Shown in pieces: positions 13,301 to 26,243 of a stretch of 64,000 nucleotides of DNA. Under the pieces are notes generated by a model. The model saw only the letters and a list, made by a program, of their open reading frames with translations. It searched no databases and was not told the origin of the DNA. The stretch is from Octopus sinensis (Eukaryota). The stretch spans positions 24,056,001-24,120,000 of the forward strand of contig NC_043000.1 of the NCBI RefSeq assembly GCF_006345805.1, given 5' to 3'. The position numbers and the translations under genes were made by a program. How positions within the stretch are numbered: position 1 is the first letter of the stretch; every line of letters starts with the position of its first letter.

Positions 13301-16300
13301 TTTATCTGAAAATAAGTAGCATATTCACTTCAGAGTTGAACACTTTTACAAAGGTGTCCAACTGTAAAAATTCACACATTCTAACTAATTGTATAATATA
13401 GTAACAGGAACTAAATTAAATAATATAGTAACAGGAGCTAAATTAAATAACCTTAATAACTACTCATAATGATAAATATTACTAATAATCACTGCAGTAT
13501 CTGAATCACATTTCAAAAGACATAAAGAAGGTACAATACAAAACTATGCTGAGAATATATTAAAAATATTGCCTTACTTTACACGCTAAAGCACGAATAT
13601 TATCAGCTTCACTAATGGGAGTTTTCTGAGATAATAACTTCAGAAGAACCTAGAAAACAATACAAACAACAAATTATACTCAATTATACTCAAAATTCAA
13701 ATAACAGCAATAATATTCATCTAACCACAAACAATTTTTAACATATATATTTAAGTACTAAATTGTGTTATGCTTTCTGTTTTTGTAAGCATTGTCTTTT
13801 GTTTTACAAATTGAGACGACAACCTTATTCCTAATTAAATTTATAATAAATCCACATGGTTCCAGGTTCAGTCCTACTGTGTGATACCTTGGCAAGTGTC
13901 TTCTGCTATGGCCTTAGGCTGACCAAAGCCTTGTGAGTAGATTTGGTAGATGGAAACTGAAAGAAGCCCGTCATGTATGTGTGTGCATGTGTCTTTGTAT
14001 CTGTTTCCCACCAGTTTCAAAACCAGTGTCGGTGTGTTTACATCCCAGTAACTTAGAAGTTTAGCAAAAGGAGCAAAAAGAATAAGTACTAGACTTCCAC
14101 AATTAAGTCCCATTCGACTAAGAATTCTTCAAGGCAGTGCTCCAGCATGGCTGCAGTTTAATGACCAAAACAAGTAAAAGATGAAAGATATCTAATGTTT
14201 TACTTTCAATATTTATTGTAGATTACGTGTGTGTGTGTGTGTAACACTTGTCTTATGTTTTTAGGATGTAATTTTATCATGATGTTTATATATATATTTC
14301 TTTATTGCTCACAAGGAGCTAAACATAGAGGGGACAAACAAGGACAGACAAACGGATTAAGTCGATTACATCGACCCCAGTGCGTAACTGGTATTTAATT
14401 TATCCACCCCGAAAGGATGAAAGGCAAAGTCAACCTCAGCAGAATTTGAACTCAGAACGTAATGGCAGATGAAATACTGCTAAGCATTTCGCCCGGCGCA
14501 CTAACGTTTCTGCCAGCTTACCGCCTTCTAGGTTAATAATTTGTCTCAATTTGATAATTGAAGGTAAAACAATTAAATGTAATATCAAATATTTCTTTTT
14601 GGGGTGAGGGAAATTACCAGCACCTTTTTTTTTATTTTCATTCTATAATTATTAAAACACAAACCCTGAAGTTACCCCAGACTGTATTCAAATGAAGAGC
14701 TATAAGAAAAAAGACAAAAATACCAACAACTCACCATGATGCCATTGTTTCCTCTAATTCCATCCCACATTTTACCCAAGACATCTTCTCCAACCTTCCA
14801 ATTAATCCTCTTTTTAGAACCAGATCCTTTGAATCGACCTACTCCACCGCCAAGCTGTAAAGGAAGAATACATCTTGGTGTTATATATACAAATTTAGAA
14901 GTTTCTTTTATGGAAGGCTGTTTCATAATCCTACAACACAATGAAGAATTAATTCTTGAACATCATCATCATCATTTGACGTCCACTTTCCATGCTAGCA
15001 TGGGTTGGATGATTTGACTGACGCCTGGCGAACCAGACTCCAATCTGATCTGGAAAGGTTTCTACAGCTGGATGCCCTTCCTAATGCCAACCACTCCGAG
15101 AGTGTAGTGGGTGCTTTTATGTGCCACCAGCACGAGGGCCAGTTTGGTGGCACTGGCAATGGCCACGCCCAAATGGTGCTTTTTATGCACAGGAGTCAGT
15201 CCAGCGGCACTGGCAACGACTTCACTCGAATGCTTCACGTGCCACCAGCACAATTGCTAGTAAGGTGACACGGTAACGATCATGCTCGAATGGTGTGCTT
15301 AACATCAGAAGAGTTAAGTTAGACTTAAGCCATTACTGCCAAACCTTTAAACCGTGGATGGGTACATTTTAAAACAGGTAACAATATCTTAAACCTGGAA
15401 TTACACAACTTACTGACATTTTTATCAAAAATATTATCATAGATTCATTCTCTGCTGGAATGGCTAAGAGGATCATCAAATTCTGTAGAAATTATTTTAA
15501 TGGAAGAACTTAAAATGTGAACAAAGAGATTGAAATTGTACTTTTATAGCAATACAGATTTAGAAATACCCTATAATTATAATTCAAATGTATGACCATT
15601 GATTCGTTAGTCCAATAGCTAAAACTCCCAACCATCATGTATTAGAACACTAGTGAAAATCCTCCTTCATACAATGATTCGAGTGAAGGCGCATGGCTCA
15701 GTGGTTAGAGCGTCGAGCTTACGATCGTAAGGTTGTGAGTTCGAATCCCGGATCGGGCTGCGTGTTGTGTTCTTGAGCAAGACACTTTATTTCACGCTGC
15801 TCCAGTTCACTCAGCTGTAGAAATGAGTTGCGACGTCACAGCTGCCAAACAGTATTGGCCTTTGCCTTTCCCTTGGATAACATTGGTGGTGTGGAGAGGG
15901 GAGGCCGGTATGCATGGGCAACAGCTGGTCTTCCATAAACAACCTTTTCCAGACTTGTGCCTGGGAGGGTAACTTTCTAGGTGCAATCCCATGGTCAATG
16001 ACCGAAGGGGGGTCTCAACTCAACAACAATGATTCAGAGAAAAATACACAGTAGTGGCTTCTTATTTTATCTAGAATCATAGAAAAATTTGAATATGGCA
16101 ATGTGAAAACTAATAAAAGAATTCTCAGCCCATGACCGTTGACTACGCCACTCCATGCTTCCAAAATTAGTTATGTACATAGATCTAATGAAAGTTGATT
16201 CTTTGATAGTAATACAATGTAGCAATGATAATGGGATGCTGATAGGACAGCATGCTACAAATTTCACTTAATGTTACTCTGCAAATGATGATATGAAATA

Positions 16301-19300
16301 TTTTTCATGTACTAGGTTACATATACCTTTAAATTAGATGACAGCTAACTATATTTGATTTTACAAAATGTTATCGAAAAAAAAAAAAAGTAAAATTGCC
16401 AAAAGGTTTTTCACAGCAGTTATCATATGTAATTAGAATATTACACTTACCCTTTCCATTGGTCCCCAGACACAATTTATGATGACATTTAAAGCAGATT
16501 TTTGTACCTCAGGGTCTTGAACAGTTTTGCCTTCAGCCAGACCAATCATTATGCTTAAAAGAAGGAAATACATATTTACATATATAGATATATTATAGAC
16601 ATAGAAATATTTTTGTTTTAAAAATGCTATGAAAACTTAACACCATTGTGCATTTTTCAAATGTTTGGAATAGTTTAAAACTGAAACACAATGAATTCAC
16701 TTGACGAGGGGAGCAGAAATGACTCACCTGATTCCTATCAGCATAGAAAACAGACAGAAAATGACAATAATGATAATGAAATATAAGATCATCATCTTCG
16801 TTTAACGTCCGCTTTCCATGCTGGCATGGGTTGGACAATTTGACCGAAGACTGGCAAACCAGATTCCAATCTGATCTGGCAGAGTTTCTACAGCTGGATG
16901 CCCTTCCTAACGCCAACCACTCCGAGAGTGTAGTGGGTACTTTTACGTGCTACTGATACAAGGGCCAGTTAGGTGGTACTGGCAACGGCCATGCTCAAAT
17001 GGTGTTTTTACGTGCCACCTGCACAGGAGCCAGTTCAGCGGCACTGGCAACGACCTCGCTCGAATAATTTTTCACATCCCACTGGCACAAGTGCCAGTAA
17101 GGCGACACTAGTAACGATCACGCTCGAATGGTGCTCTTTACGTGCCACCGACATGGAAGCCAGACAACAGCTGCTCTGGCAACTGCATATATGGTATATA
17201 TATTTAAATGCTAATCACTAATTCATTTGTTCACACTAGTATTACTGTTCTGCATTCCTTTTTTTTTGCATGTAAGAATAGATGAAGTGGTTTGAGTAAA
17301 TTTTTATATAGTTAGAGAAATTCTTTCTCACAACTAGATGGCCTTCTTACAACTCAGAAATGGAAACCGATTATCAGCCAGTTCCAAGAAGAATTACGTG
17401 GCTCATTCACATGTACAAGGCAGCTGATGAAATAACAAACTGAACTGCTGTGTGATCTCTTAGCAAATGCATTTCTGTTTGAAATGCAAACTATGCATTT
17501 GTAAATTTAAAAAAATTAAAATATGCAGAGATAAAAAAATATATACAAATATTTGAAATACTAATTTTTAGATGTTACTAACTTGATAGCAGAGGCTGTA
17601 AACTCCAAGCCTACTGGGAGGGGTTCAAGCATAGCAAGTTGGCACTGAGGCATAATTGTACAGACTGCTAAGACATCCATTGCACTGCACAAGGTTTCAG
17701 ACCTACAAAAGACAAACAGCGTTTCAAGATAGAAAACAGAAAATGGAGGGGGGGTGGAATTTCAAGTTTATTGTAAAGTCTTTTACAGTAATTAATATTT
17801 TCTTACATGTCAACTAACATTACAGATCTGCTACAGAGTGAAATAGACATGGAAAGAAAAGGAAGACATTACAAAGAATTTTTAGTACTAGGTAACAGAA
17901 AAGAAATTCCACAAAAGTTGTGACATTGTGCTACATTAGATATCATCATAATAATCTTTTAACAAACAGTTTCCAGGCTGGCATGGTTCAGACGGTTTGG
18001 CAGGATCTGAAGGGTCAGAGAACTGTACCATGCATCAGTGTTTGCTTGGACACAGTTTCAATGGCTGGATGCCCTTCCTATTATCAACTATTTTACAGGG
18101 CACCAGCAACTAGTGAGGTGACCATGTAGCTCACAAGACTAAAATACTCGTTGACTGAGTGGGACTAGAGTAGAGTGGGTGACAGCCTTAAACTAGGTAA
18201 TGTATGAAAGAAGGGGCCAGGACAGGGTTCTTGCTATAAGAGATAAATGGCCATTCACATTAGACAAGAGTAAGTGGGATATTTTTAACTGGTGTGGAGC
18301 TAGAAAGAGAAATAAAAATGGTGGTGATAAGGTGCCGGGGTGGGCAGGACAAAAGAGAAAAGGCTACTAACTCTTCAGACATTCAGAGCTATGTCAATAA
18401 ATATAGCTTTATCTGTGTTGAGTGCTACTTCCATTTGTTTGTTCACTCACTTCTGTGTGTGTGTGTGTGAATCATATATATATATTATATAGGCATAAGA
18501 GTGGCTGTGTGGTAAGAAACTTGCTTCCCAACCACATGGTTCCAAGTTCAGTCCCACTGTGTGGCATCTTGGGGAAGTGTCTTCTACTATAGCCTTGGGT
18601 TGACCAAAGTCTTGTGAGTAGGTTTGGTAGATGGAAACTGAAAGAAGCCTGTTGTATATATGTATCTGTGTGTATGTGTTTACATCCCCGAAACTTAGTG
18701 GTTTGGCAACAGAGACCGATAGAATAAGTACCAGGCTTACAAAGAATAAATTCTGGGGTTGATTTGGTTCACTAAAGGCAGTGCTCCAGCATGGCTGCAG
18801 TCAAATGACTGAAACAAGTATATACATATATATATATATATATCAGACCTATAGAACAAGAAGTAACCTTTAAACAAGCCAATTCACTTCTCATGTTATT
18901 AGTATACTTGATAACAGCATGAATGACAAACAGTCTCACCTCCATAAATAGACCTTAGAAAAGCGAAAAAACAAACAAACCAAAATCAAAGAAAGAAAAC
19001 TTACTTGCTGGGATAATTGTTCCAGTTTTGTGCAATAGCTAACAGCTGAATCACTAGGCTTATGCCACCAAGCTGCTTGAATTGAGCAACAGGACGCCAG
19101 ACCATTCGGACAGGCATTAGATCAAGTAACATTTCTATGTTTTCTTGCACCACTTCAAATGTCAACTTTAATGCCTGAATCGAAGAAAGAAAGACACAGT
19201 TTAAAAATATACTGTGATATGCAATTAATAAGAGTTCAAACAAAGAATTAGTACAAAAAAGACTAAGCTTTATCATGATTATATTTTTAATAGGTAGCAC

Positions 19301-22300
19301 CTTGAGCAATTGTCTTCTATTATAGCCTTAGGCCGACCAAAGTCTTGTGAGTGGACTTAGTAGATGGAAACTGAAACAAGCTCATTGTGTATATATATAT
19401 ATGTATGTATGTATGTATTTGTGTATCTGTGTTTGTCCTCCCACCATTGCTTGGCAACCAATGTTGGTATGCTTACATCCCCATAACTTAGCAGTTCAGC
19501 AAAAGAGACCGATAAAATAAATACTAGGCTTACAAAGATAATGTTCACTTAAAGAGAATAACTAGCTACATAATGCAAAATTTTTACTTTTCAAAAATTC
19601 CAATTCTAAAGGGTCGAAACAAACCTGAGCAACGCCGGGCGATACTGCTAGTATTAGTAAAAAATAACTTACCTTGTTTGCAGGCATTTCAGTAACAGGA
19701 GAGCCATTCTCGTTACGCAGGTGAGATCGCCTTATTTCATCTGCATGTAGAATCAAATGAGCTTCCATGTATTTCTTAAAAGCAATACAAACATAGCGAG
19801 CTATCTGTCGCATTGTATAGAGCTTGTTTTCCATTGGTTGTTCAACTGATGCATCAAAATATAAAATGGGCAGTGTGCTCACCTTTTTTTTAAAAATAGA
19901 AAGTAGGAAAAGAAATCATAGGATGTCAAACAGTCATCGTCATCATTTTACGTCCATTTTTCCATGCTGGCATTAATAGAAGAAATAATTCAAAATTACT
20001 TTTTAACAGTGGGGTGAAAAGAACAAAGATGCAAACTACCATCATCATCTATCTTTTTGATGTAGCTATAAGAGATGCTTAAAAGTGTAGTAAAACTAAA
20101 CATTAGAACGTGAATTTGAGCCAGATTTAGAAAACTTTATCATTCGTAATGCAGACGGGAACAGAGTGAAATGAAAATAAACATGGATTACAAAATAGAA
20201 GAAATGAACCAAAGTAAATTTAATGTTATTCTACATGTTTTCTTCTAATTGAAGGCGATGGGTCAGTGGCCATGACATTAGCAGGTCAATGTAGCTAAAG
20301 TTCAGCTTGAACTTCCTTAAGTGAAAGAGTATGAACATAAATTAGATCTGGGAAGGAATGACTGAGCTACTTAGGAAGCAGTTTGACATGCTGAGATACA
20401 GTAAGGACGAGGAGGCAAGACAGGTGACTGGGAAGTACTGGCACGAAGCCACTGTAATAGAAGAGGAAAAGAGCAGTGCTTCTGTGAAAACTTGGTTAGC
20501 AAGCCTATCCAAATAGATGAATAGCCATTTTGGGGTGATTGGGATATACTAGAATGTGAGGTCAATGTATTATCAAACTACTACTCTGATATGAAAAGTG
20601 ATCATCTCTTGGTCCAATTGATAGAGATCAGATGATTATGAGATCCCACTGCCATTGAAAGATGTGTGAGGCATGAAGGAGTGCAAGCCTAGTTTGAGAT
20701 TTCTAGGTTGCACGTGGACAGCACCAGTTTAACCCTTTCATTACTGTATTTATTTTGAGATGATCTGTGTTTCTTTCAATTACTTTAAATATAATAAAAT
20801 ATTTAGTAAAATAATTTAGTTATCTTTAAGCTAGTGTTAGGAACATAAATTGTGACTAACGTTTGGTGGAAGATTTTAATTCAAAACTTATGAAAACAAG
20901 ACAATAGTACTACAGAGCCAGAGTTGGTTTCAGCCAGGTTGGTAACAAAAGGGTTAAGAAGGTTGTCATCGGCACAGAAATACGTGCTGTTAGAAACCTC
21001 AGTAAGGTTATTAATGTACAGGATGATCAGGGATATAACTAAACCAGGAGATAAACCAGAGTTGATAGAAATTGGAGGAGTGTGTCCTGTTAACGTATAC
21101 TGTACAGGAGCAATCCAATATGAAACTTCAGATAAAAGAAACGAGACAGAGCTGTTACGTAGGGAATTTTCTTGAAGGCTTTGCTAAGGGCAACAATGCT
21201 GTACAGATACATGATTGTATATCAATATATATAAGCAAGGCATGAACATTGTTAATTGTGTATGGTAAAATATAGCAAAATTGCTTTTAAAAATATAATT
21301 CTAGCTTACCACATTAATTAAACGACGGAGCCCATCTTTCTGATCAAATAAATCTAGAATGATCCGGAAAGCGAATGCATGATCCAAGAATATTGCAGCA
21401 TGGCAACGACTAGACTCATGTGAGCATTCAAGTAACCACAACACATAGCTGAAACACAAAATATCAAAAGGATAAAGCAATGAAAAATATACTATCAACA
21501 TTATTTATCAATACATAAATCCAACTGTCAATGAAGGTCTCAAATAGACAGAAAGACACAACAGCTTATTCCATTTTGGCTAATTAACTAATATACGCTG
21601 ATTCGGTAGAAACAACTTGACAACTCATATCAAATTGATTTTCTCCACCGTTTTTACGTATCATTTGCTTTACATGAGTTTTATAGATTTGATAATTTGT
21701 GAGTAAACTGCTAGAAATCTTTTCAGGAATTAATCGAGAAAGGTATCTGTTTCAACTATACACACAAAGGAAAATGTACAGGTGTACCATGAGAAGAGGT
21801 ACTGTACACTGTACCATGTGTAGTATAGCACAGTGCAATGAAAGAAGCAATATTCTTGTAGTCAGGAAATGACCTACCTTGACAAAGAAATCTTGGTTAT
21901 TTAAAGCTAGCTTGGCCCTCACAAACACTTTAGTTAATTGCTATGCCTATAAAACCAATCACAAAATTAGTCTACAAATCAGTTGGCATACATACTAAAA
22001 AAATAAATACAAACAAATACATCAAAATATAAGTTTCTACTGGTCTCTGTTGAGGCAAATACTTACTTCACAAGTTCTGAGAGGACATGTTCAGGGAGCA
22101 AGCATACCTAAAAATAGGACATCAGCAATTACAAAGATGGAAAATAAATACACATTCAATTTAATTCAAGAGTTTAAAAAAAAATTTTTTTTTTAATTTA
22201 AAAAAAAAAAAAAAAGAGAGAGACAATCTTCCCAAAATATGATTTGTTCAAGACAGAATGTTAAAGTAAAAAAATACAAAAACTACAGCTAGCATTTTCT

Positions 22301-25300
22301 TAATTCATTCTGAATAACATTTATTCAATTGTAGCTTTAATTAAAAATATGAAATTATACACTCAAGGAATTTTACACAAAATATTTTTTCAGTACCACA
22401 AAAATATTTAAAAAAAGCTTATATGTTTGGATAAAATTTACATTCTGGTAATTTTCCAAAGCTAATTACTATTTTTCTCATTCCCTGCCACACAATTTCT
22501 AAGCCATCAAGTATTTTTAAATGTTTTTTTTCCATCTTTGAAATTCAATGAATTTTGACAATATGAAAGATATATCTTGACTTGTAACAGATTCAAATGA
22601 ATGACAATACCTGGATATATTTTAGTCAATTGATGGAAAAAATAAAAATGTCTTTGGTGCTAATAAAGCTATGGTTATATATATACACACACACACACAC
22701 ACACATATACAATTTGTACTGTGTGTTAAGTTGGACCTATTATTATAAATATCTATATATTTACACATAGAAATTCGTCTGAAAGTTCCCGCCTTTTGCT
22801 GTCTCATTTTGCATGTATACAAACATTCACACGTTTTGAATTTGATGCTTTTAATATAATACATTTGATCTGTCTAATTTGTTTATCCGCATAATTGCTT
22901 CTATACCCACTCAACTTGATCCCTCTTATAAGCCTTTCTTTACCTTGTGGAATGATCCCCCTGTAAAGACATCGAAGTCTAAGTTTCAATCTTTTGAGCA
23001 CTATTAAGTGTCTTCTATATGGAGAATATCTGGATCTCACCTGTAAACTATATATATATAACTGTTTAATGCTTAAAGAAGTGTAATTCTGCATGCTATA
23101 AAAAAAGATGAAATTTTGGTAGATTCAGATCCGAAGTAAAACCATATTTTTTTAAGACGAGATCTGAGAATGCTGAGCTCACAGATAAAAGAAAGCAGCC
23201 TTATTGCACATCTGTCAAATCTATTTTGGCACATAAAAACAAACAACAGAATAATTATATAACAATTTTTAAGATAAAAGATGTAGTACCCTTTCCATTG
23301 TCTCTTCAAAATAAGAAAGATAGTATATACAAAGAGAAACTCCAGTAGCAGCAATGGAAGGTCGGTGAACTTCTAAAAGTCGTTGAACACCATCTGAATT
23401 TAAAAATTTGGTTGCAAACTTTTTATGGCAGATCAAAGTTGCAAGGTACTGTAAAGAAACCAAGAGTAGTGAATTGAAATACAATGTAAACAATAATTTC
23501 ATATACATAACAAAGGCAATCTCTACAAACTTGCTTATCAAAGAGAAATTATTAAATATTGAGTTCAAATTTTGGCACAAGGCCTGGAATTTCAGGGATG
23601 TGGGTACATCGTTACATTGACCCCAGTACTCAACTGGTACTTATTTTATCGATTCTGAAAGGATGAAAGGCAAAGTTGACCTTGGTGGATGATTAAATAT
23701 TTAAAACGAATTTAAGTCCAGCTTTTTGTTAAATGTACAATGGAAGGTTGCTCATGAAACAGGAACCCTAAATAGCAACAAAGATTTGAAAACATCTAAA
23801 TCAACTAATTGCCAGAGTTTAGAAACAGTGTTGTTTTTACTTAGTCATGTCAAAGAGTAAATAGTAATAATAAATTGCATATAAAAGTGTTCATTTGATA
23901 GATAACAATGTCCATGCCAGCAGCACATAAAAGGCACCATTCGAGTGTAATCATTACCAGCGTCGCCTTACTGGCACTTGTGCCCTGTGCTAGTAGGGTG
24001 TTAAGAGCACCATCTGAGCGTGATTGTTGCCAGAGCGGCTAATTGGCTTCCGTGCTGGTGGCACGTAAAAGACACCATTCGAGCGTGATCGTTACCAGCA
24101 TTGGCTTACTGGCAATTGTAAAAGCATTTGAGCAAGGTTGTTGCAAGTACCGCCTAACTGGCCCTTGCGTCGGTGGCACATAAAAAGCACCTACTACACT
24201 CTCAGAGTCGTTGGCGTTAGGAAGGGCATCCAGCTGTAGAAACTCTGCCAGATCAAGATTGGAGCCTGGTGGAGCCATCTGGTTTGCCATCCTCAGTCAA
24301 ATCATCCAACCCATGCTAGCATGGAAAGCGGACGTTAAACGATGATGATGATGATGTAAAAAGTGGGGACCAATGTTCAAATCCACAGATTAGACATAAA
24401 AACCCTAAAGTCTTATTAACAGTTAATTAATTTTAGAACAAAGCTATTGATTGTTATCAACTTTTTAATACTCATTAAATCTTTGTTACTAATTATTGAA
24501 ATATACCCTCTTTATTTCAATTAATTTTAAAAATGATCCAAAATATAATAAAATTTGTTAAGCTAATTTTTGGAACATAAATTAACATGAAATCTTAAAG
24601 GGAAATTTTAATTTAAATCATTTTAAAATAGAAAGTTTGTACCATATAACCAAGAGTGGGCTTGGGTGAGTTGGTATTAAAAGGGTCAAATATTCTTCAT
24701 ATGAGATTTAAATATAATCAATTTTAACAATCATGGATTGATTAATTAGCTTCAGCTAAGAGCAATTAATAAGATTGGGATCTGTTGAACCTGAGAATGT
24801 CTATATTTAAAAAAAACAAATTTCAGTCACTTTGAAATAAAAGAATATGGTAACTTACTTTGAGAGCTTCAAATGCAAGACGAATATCCTTGTTTTCTTT
24901 CAAGTTGATGTAATGCATAATTAGGTCTATTGCTCTATACTGAATAGCAAGCCCTAACAACTACAAAAGACCAATATATATAAATTTTAGTATAAATTCA
25001 TAAGATAGTGAAAATAGAAATATTTTTTTGTATATTTAACATTGCATACAAAAAAAAACTACTAAATTTTTCAAAATAATTATTAAAATACTTTCCAAAA
25101 AGTGTTAAAAGAAATAAACAAATTATTAAAATTTTGATTAGTCATATTTTACATTAATAATCTAATATATACACTGAGTGATAATGGAAAGTTGTTTAGA
25201 AATGTTTACCTCTTGATATTCTCCCATTGGTATCAAATAGTGTAGAATAAGTCTTTGCTTCATGGAAGCACTCATAGGATCCATGCAATAAGAACCAATA

Positions 25301-26212
25301 ACATAGGACATCATTTCAGACCAGCTACTGTTACTAGATTCTGAAGATAAATACAAATCAACAGTTAAAAAAAAGCTTGCTTTCTTTCTCTCCCTTACAC
25401 ACACACTACTTACAGGATACTTGGCATTGGTTGAGAAAGAAAACGGTTGAAAAAAAAAAAATCACATCAATCCTGTATAGATTTAGCCCTTTTGTTACCA
25501 TATTTTTGTTGAAATACACTACTTTTATTTCAGTTAATTTTGTAAACTAATTTAGTCATTGCTAAGCTGGCATTAGGGATATGAATAAAAAATGAAGTTA
25601 TGATGGAAGATTTTAATTTAGATCACTTTAAAGTAGAAAGTTTGTATCATAGAACAAGGAGCAGGCTCGGGTGAGTTGGTCTTAGAATGATTAAACACAG
25701 TCTGTAAATTCTTTGTTATAAAAGATGCACCTTGGGCAAGTGTCTTCTACTATAGCCTCAGGCCGACCAAAGCCTTATGAGTGGATTTGGTAGACGGAAA
25801 CTGAAAGAAGCCCGTCGTCATCATCATCATCGTCTAACGTCCGTTCTCCATGCTAACATGGGTTGGACAGGACGTACATATGTATATGTGTGTGTATGTG
25901 TCCAACATTGCTTGACAACCGATGTTGGTGTGTTGGCGTTCACATAACTTAGCGGTTCGGCAAAAGACACCGATAGAATAAGTACTAGGCTTACAAAGAA
26001 TAAGTCCTGGGACCGATTTGTTTGACTAAAAGGTGGTGTTCCAGCATGGCTGCAGTCAAATGACTGAAACAAGTAAAAGAGTAAAAAGAGAGAGTAATTC
26101 ACCAAATCCTTGATTTAAACATGCTGTTTTCACTTTGTCAAACTTTAGCCAGAAACAGTTTAGTGCCTGAGGAAGAATTTTTTTTTGTTTTGATAGTGTG
26201 TGCCTGCAAGCA

Positions 26213-26243
<31 letters not shown>

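Noticed and set aside
15688-15760. tRNA-like sequence with A and B boxes
   Set aside because: It continues into a SINE body with a tail and 10-bp TSD and has no proper acceptor stem, so it is a SINE head and not a tRNA gene.
22804-23094. 96-aa basic ORF with an acceptor-like site in intron 9
   Set aside because: It has no DCAF1 similarity, exons 9 and 10 already join in frame, and no domain is recognisable.
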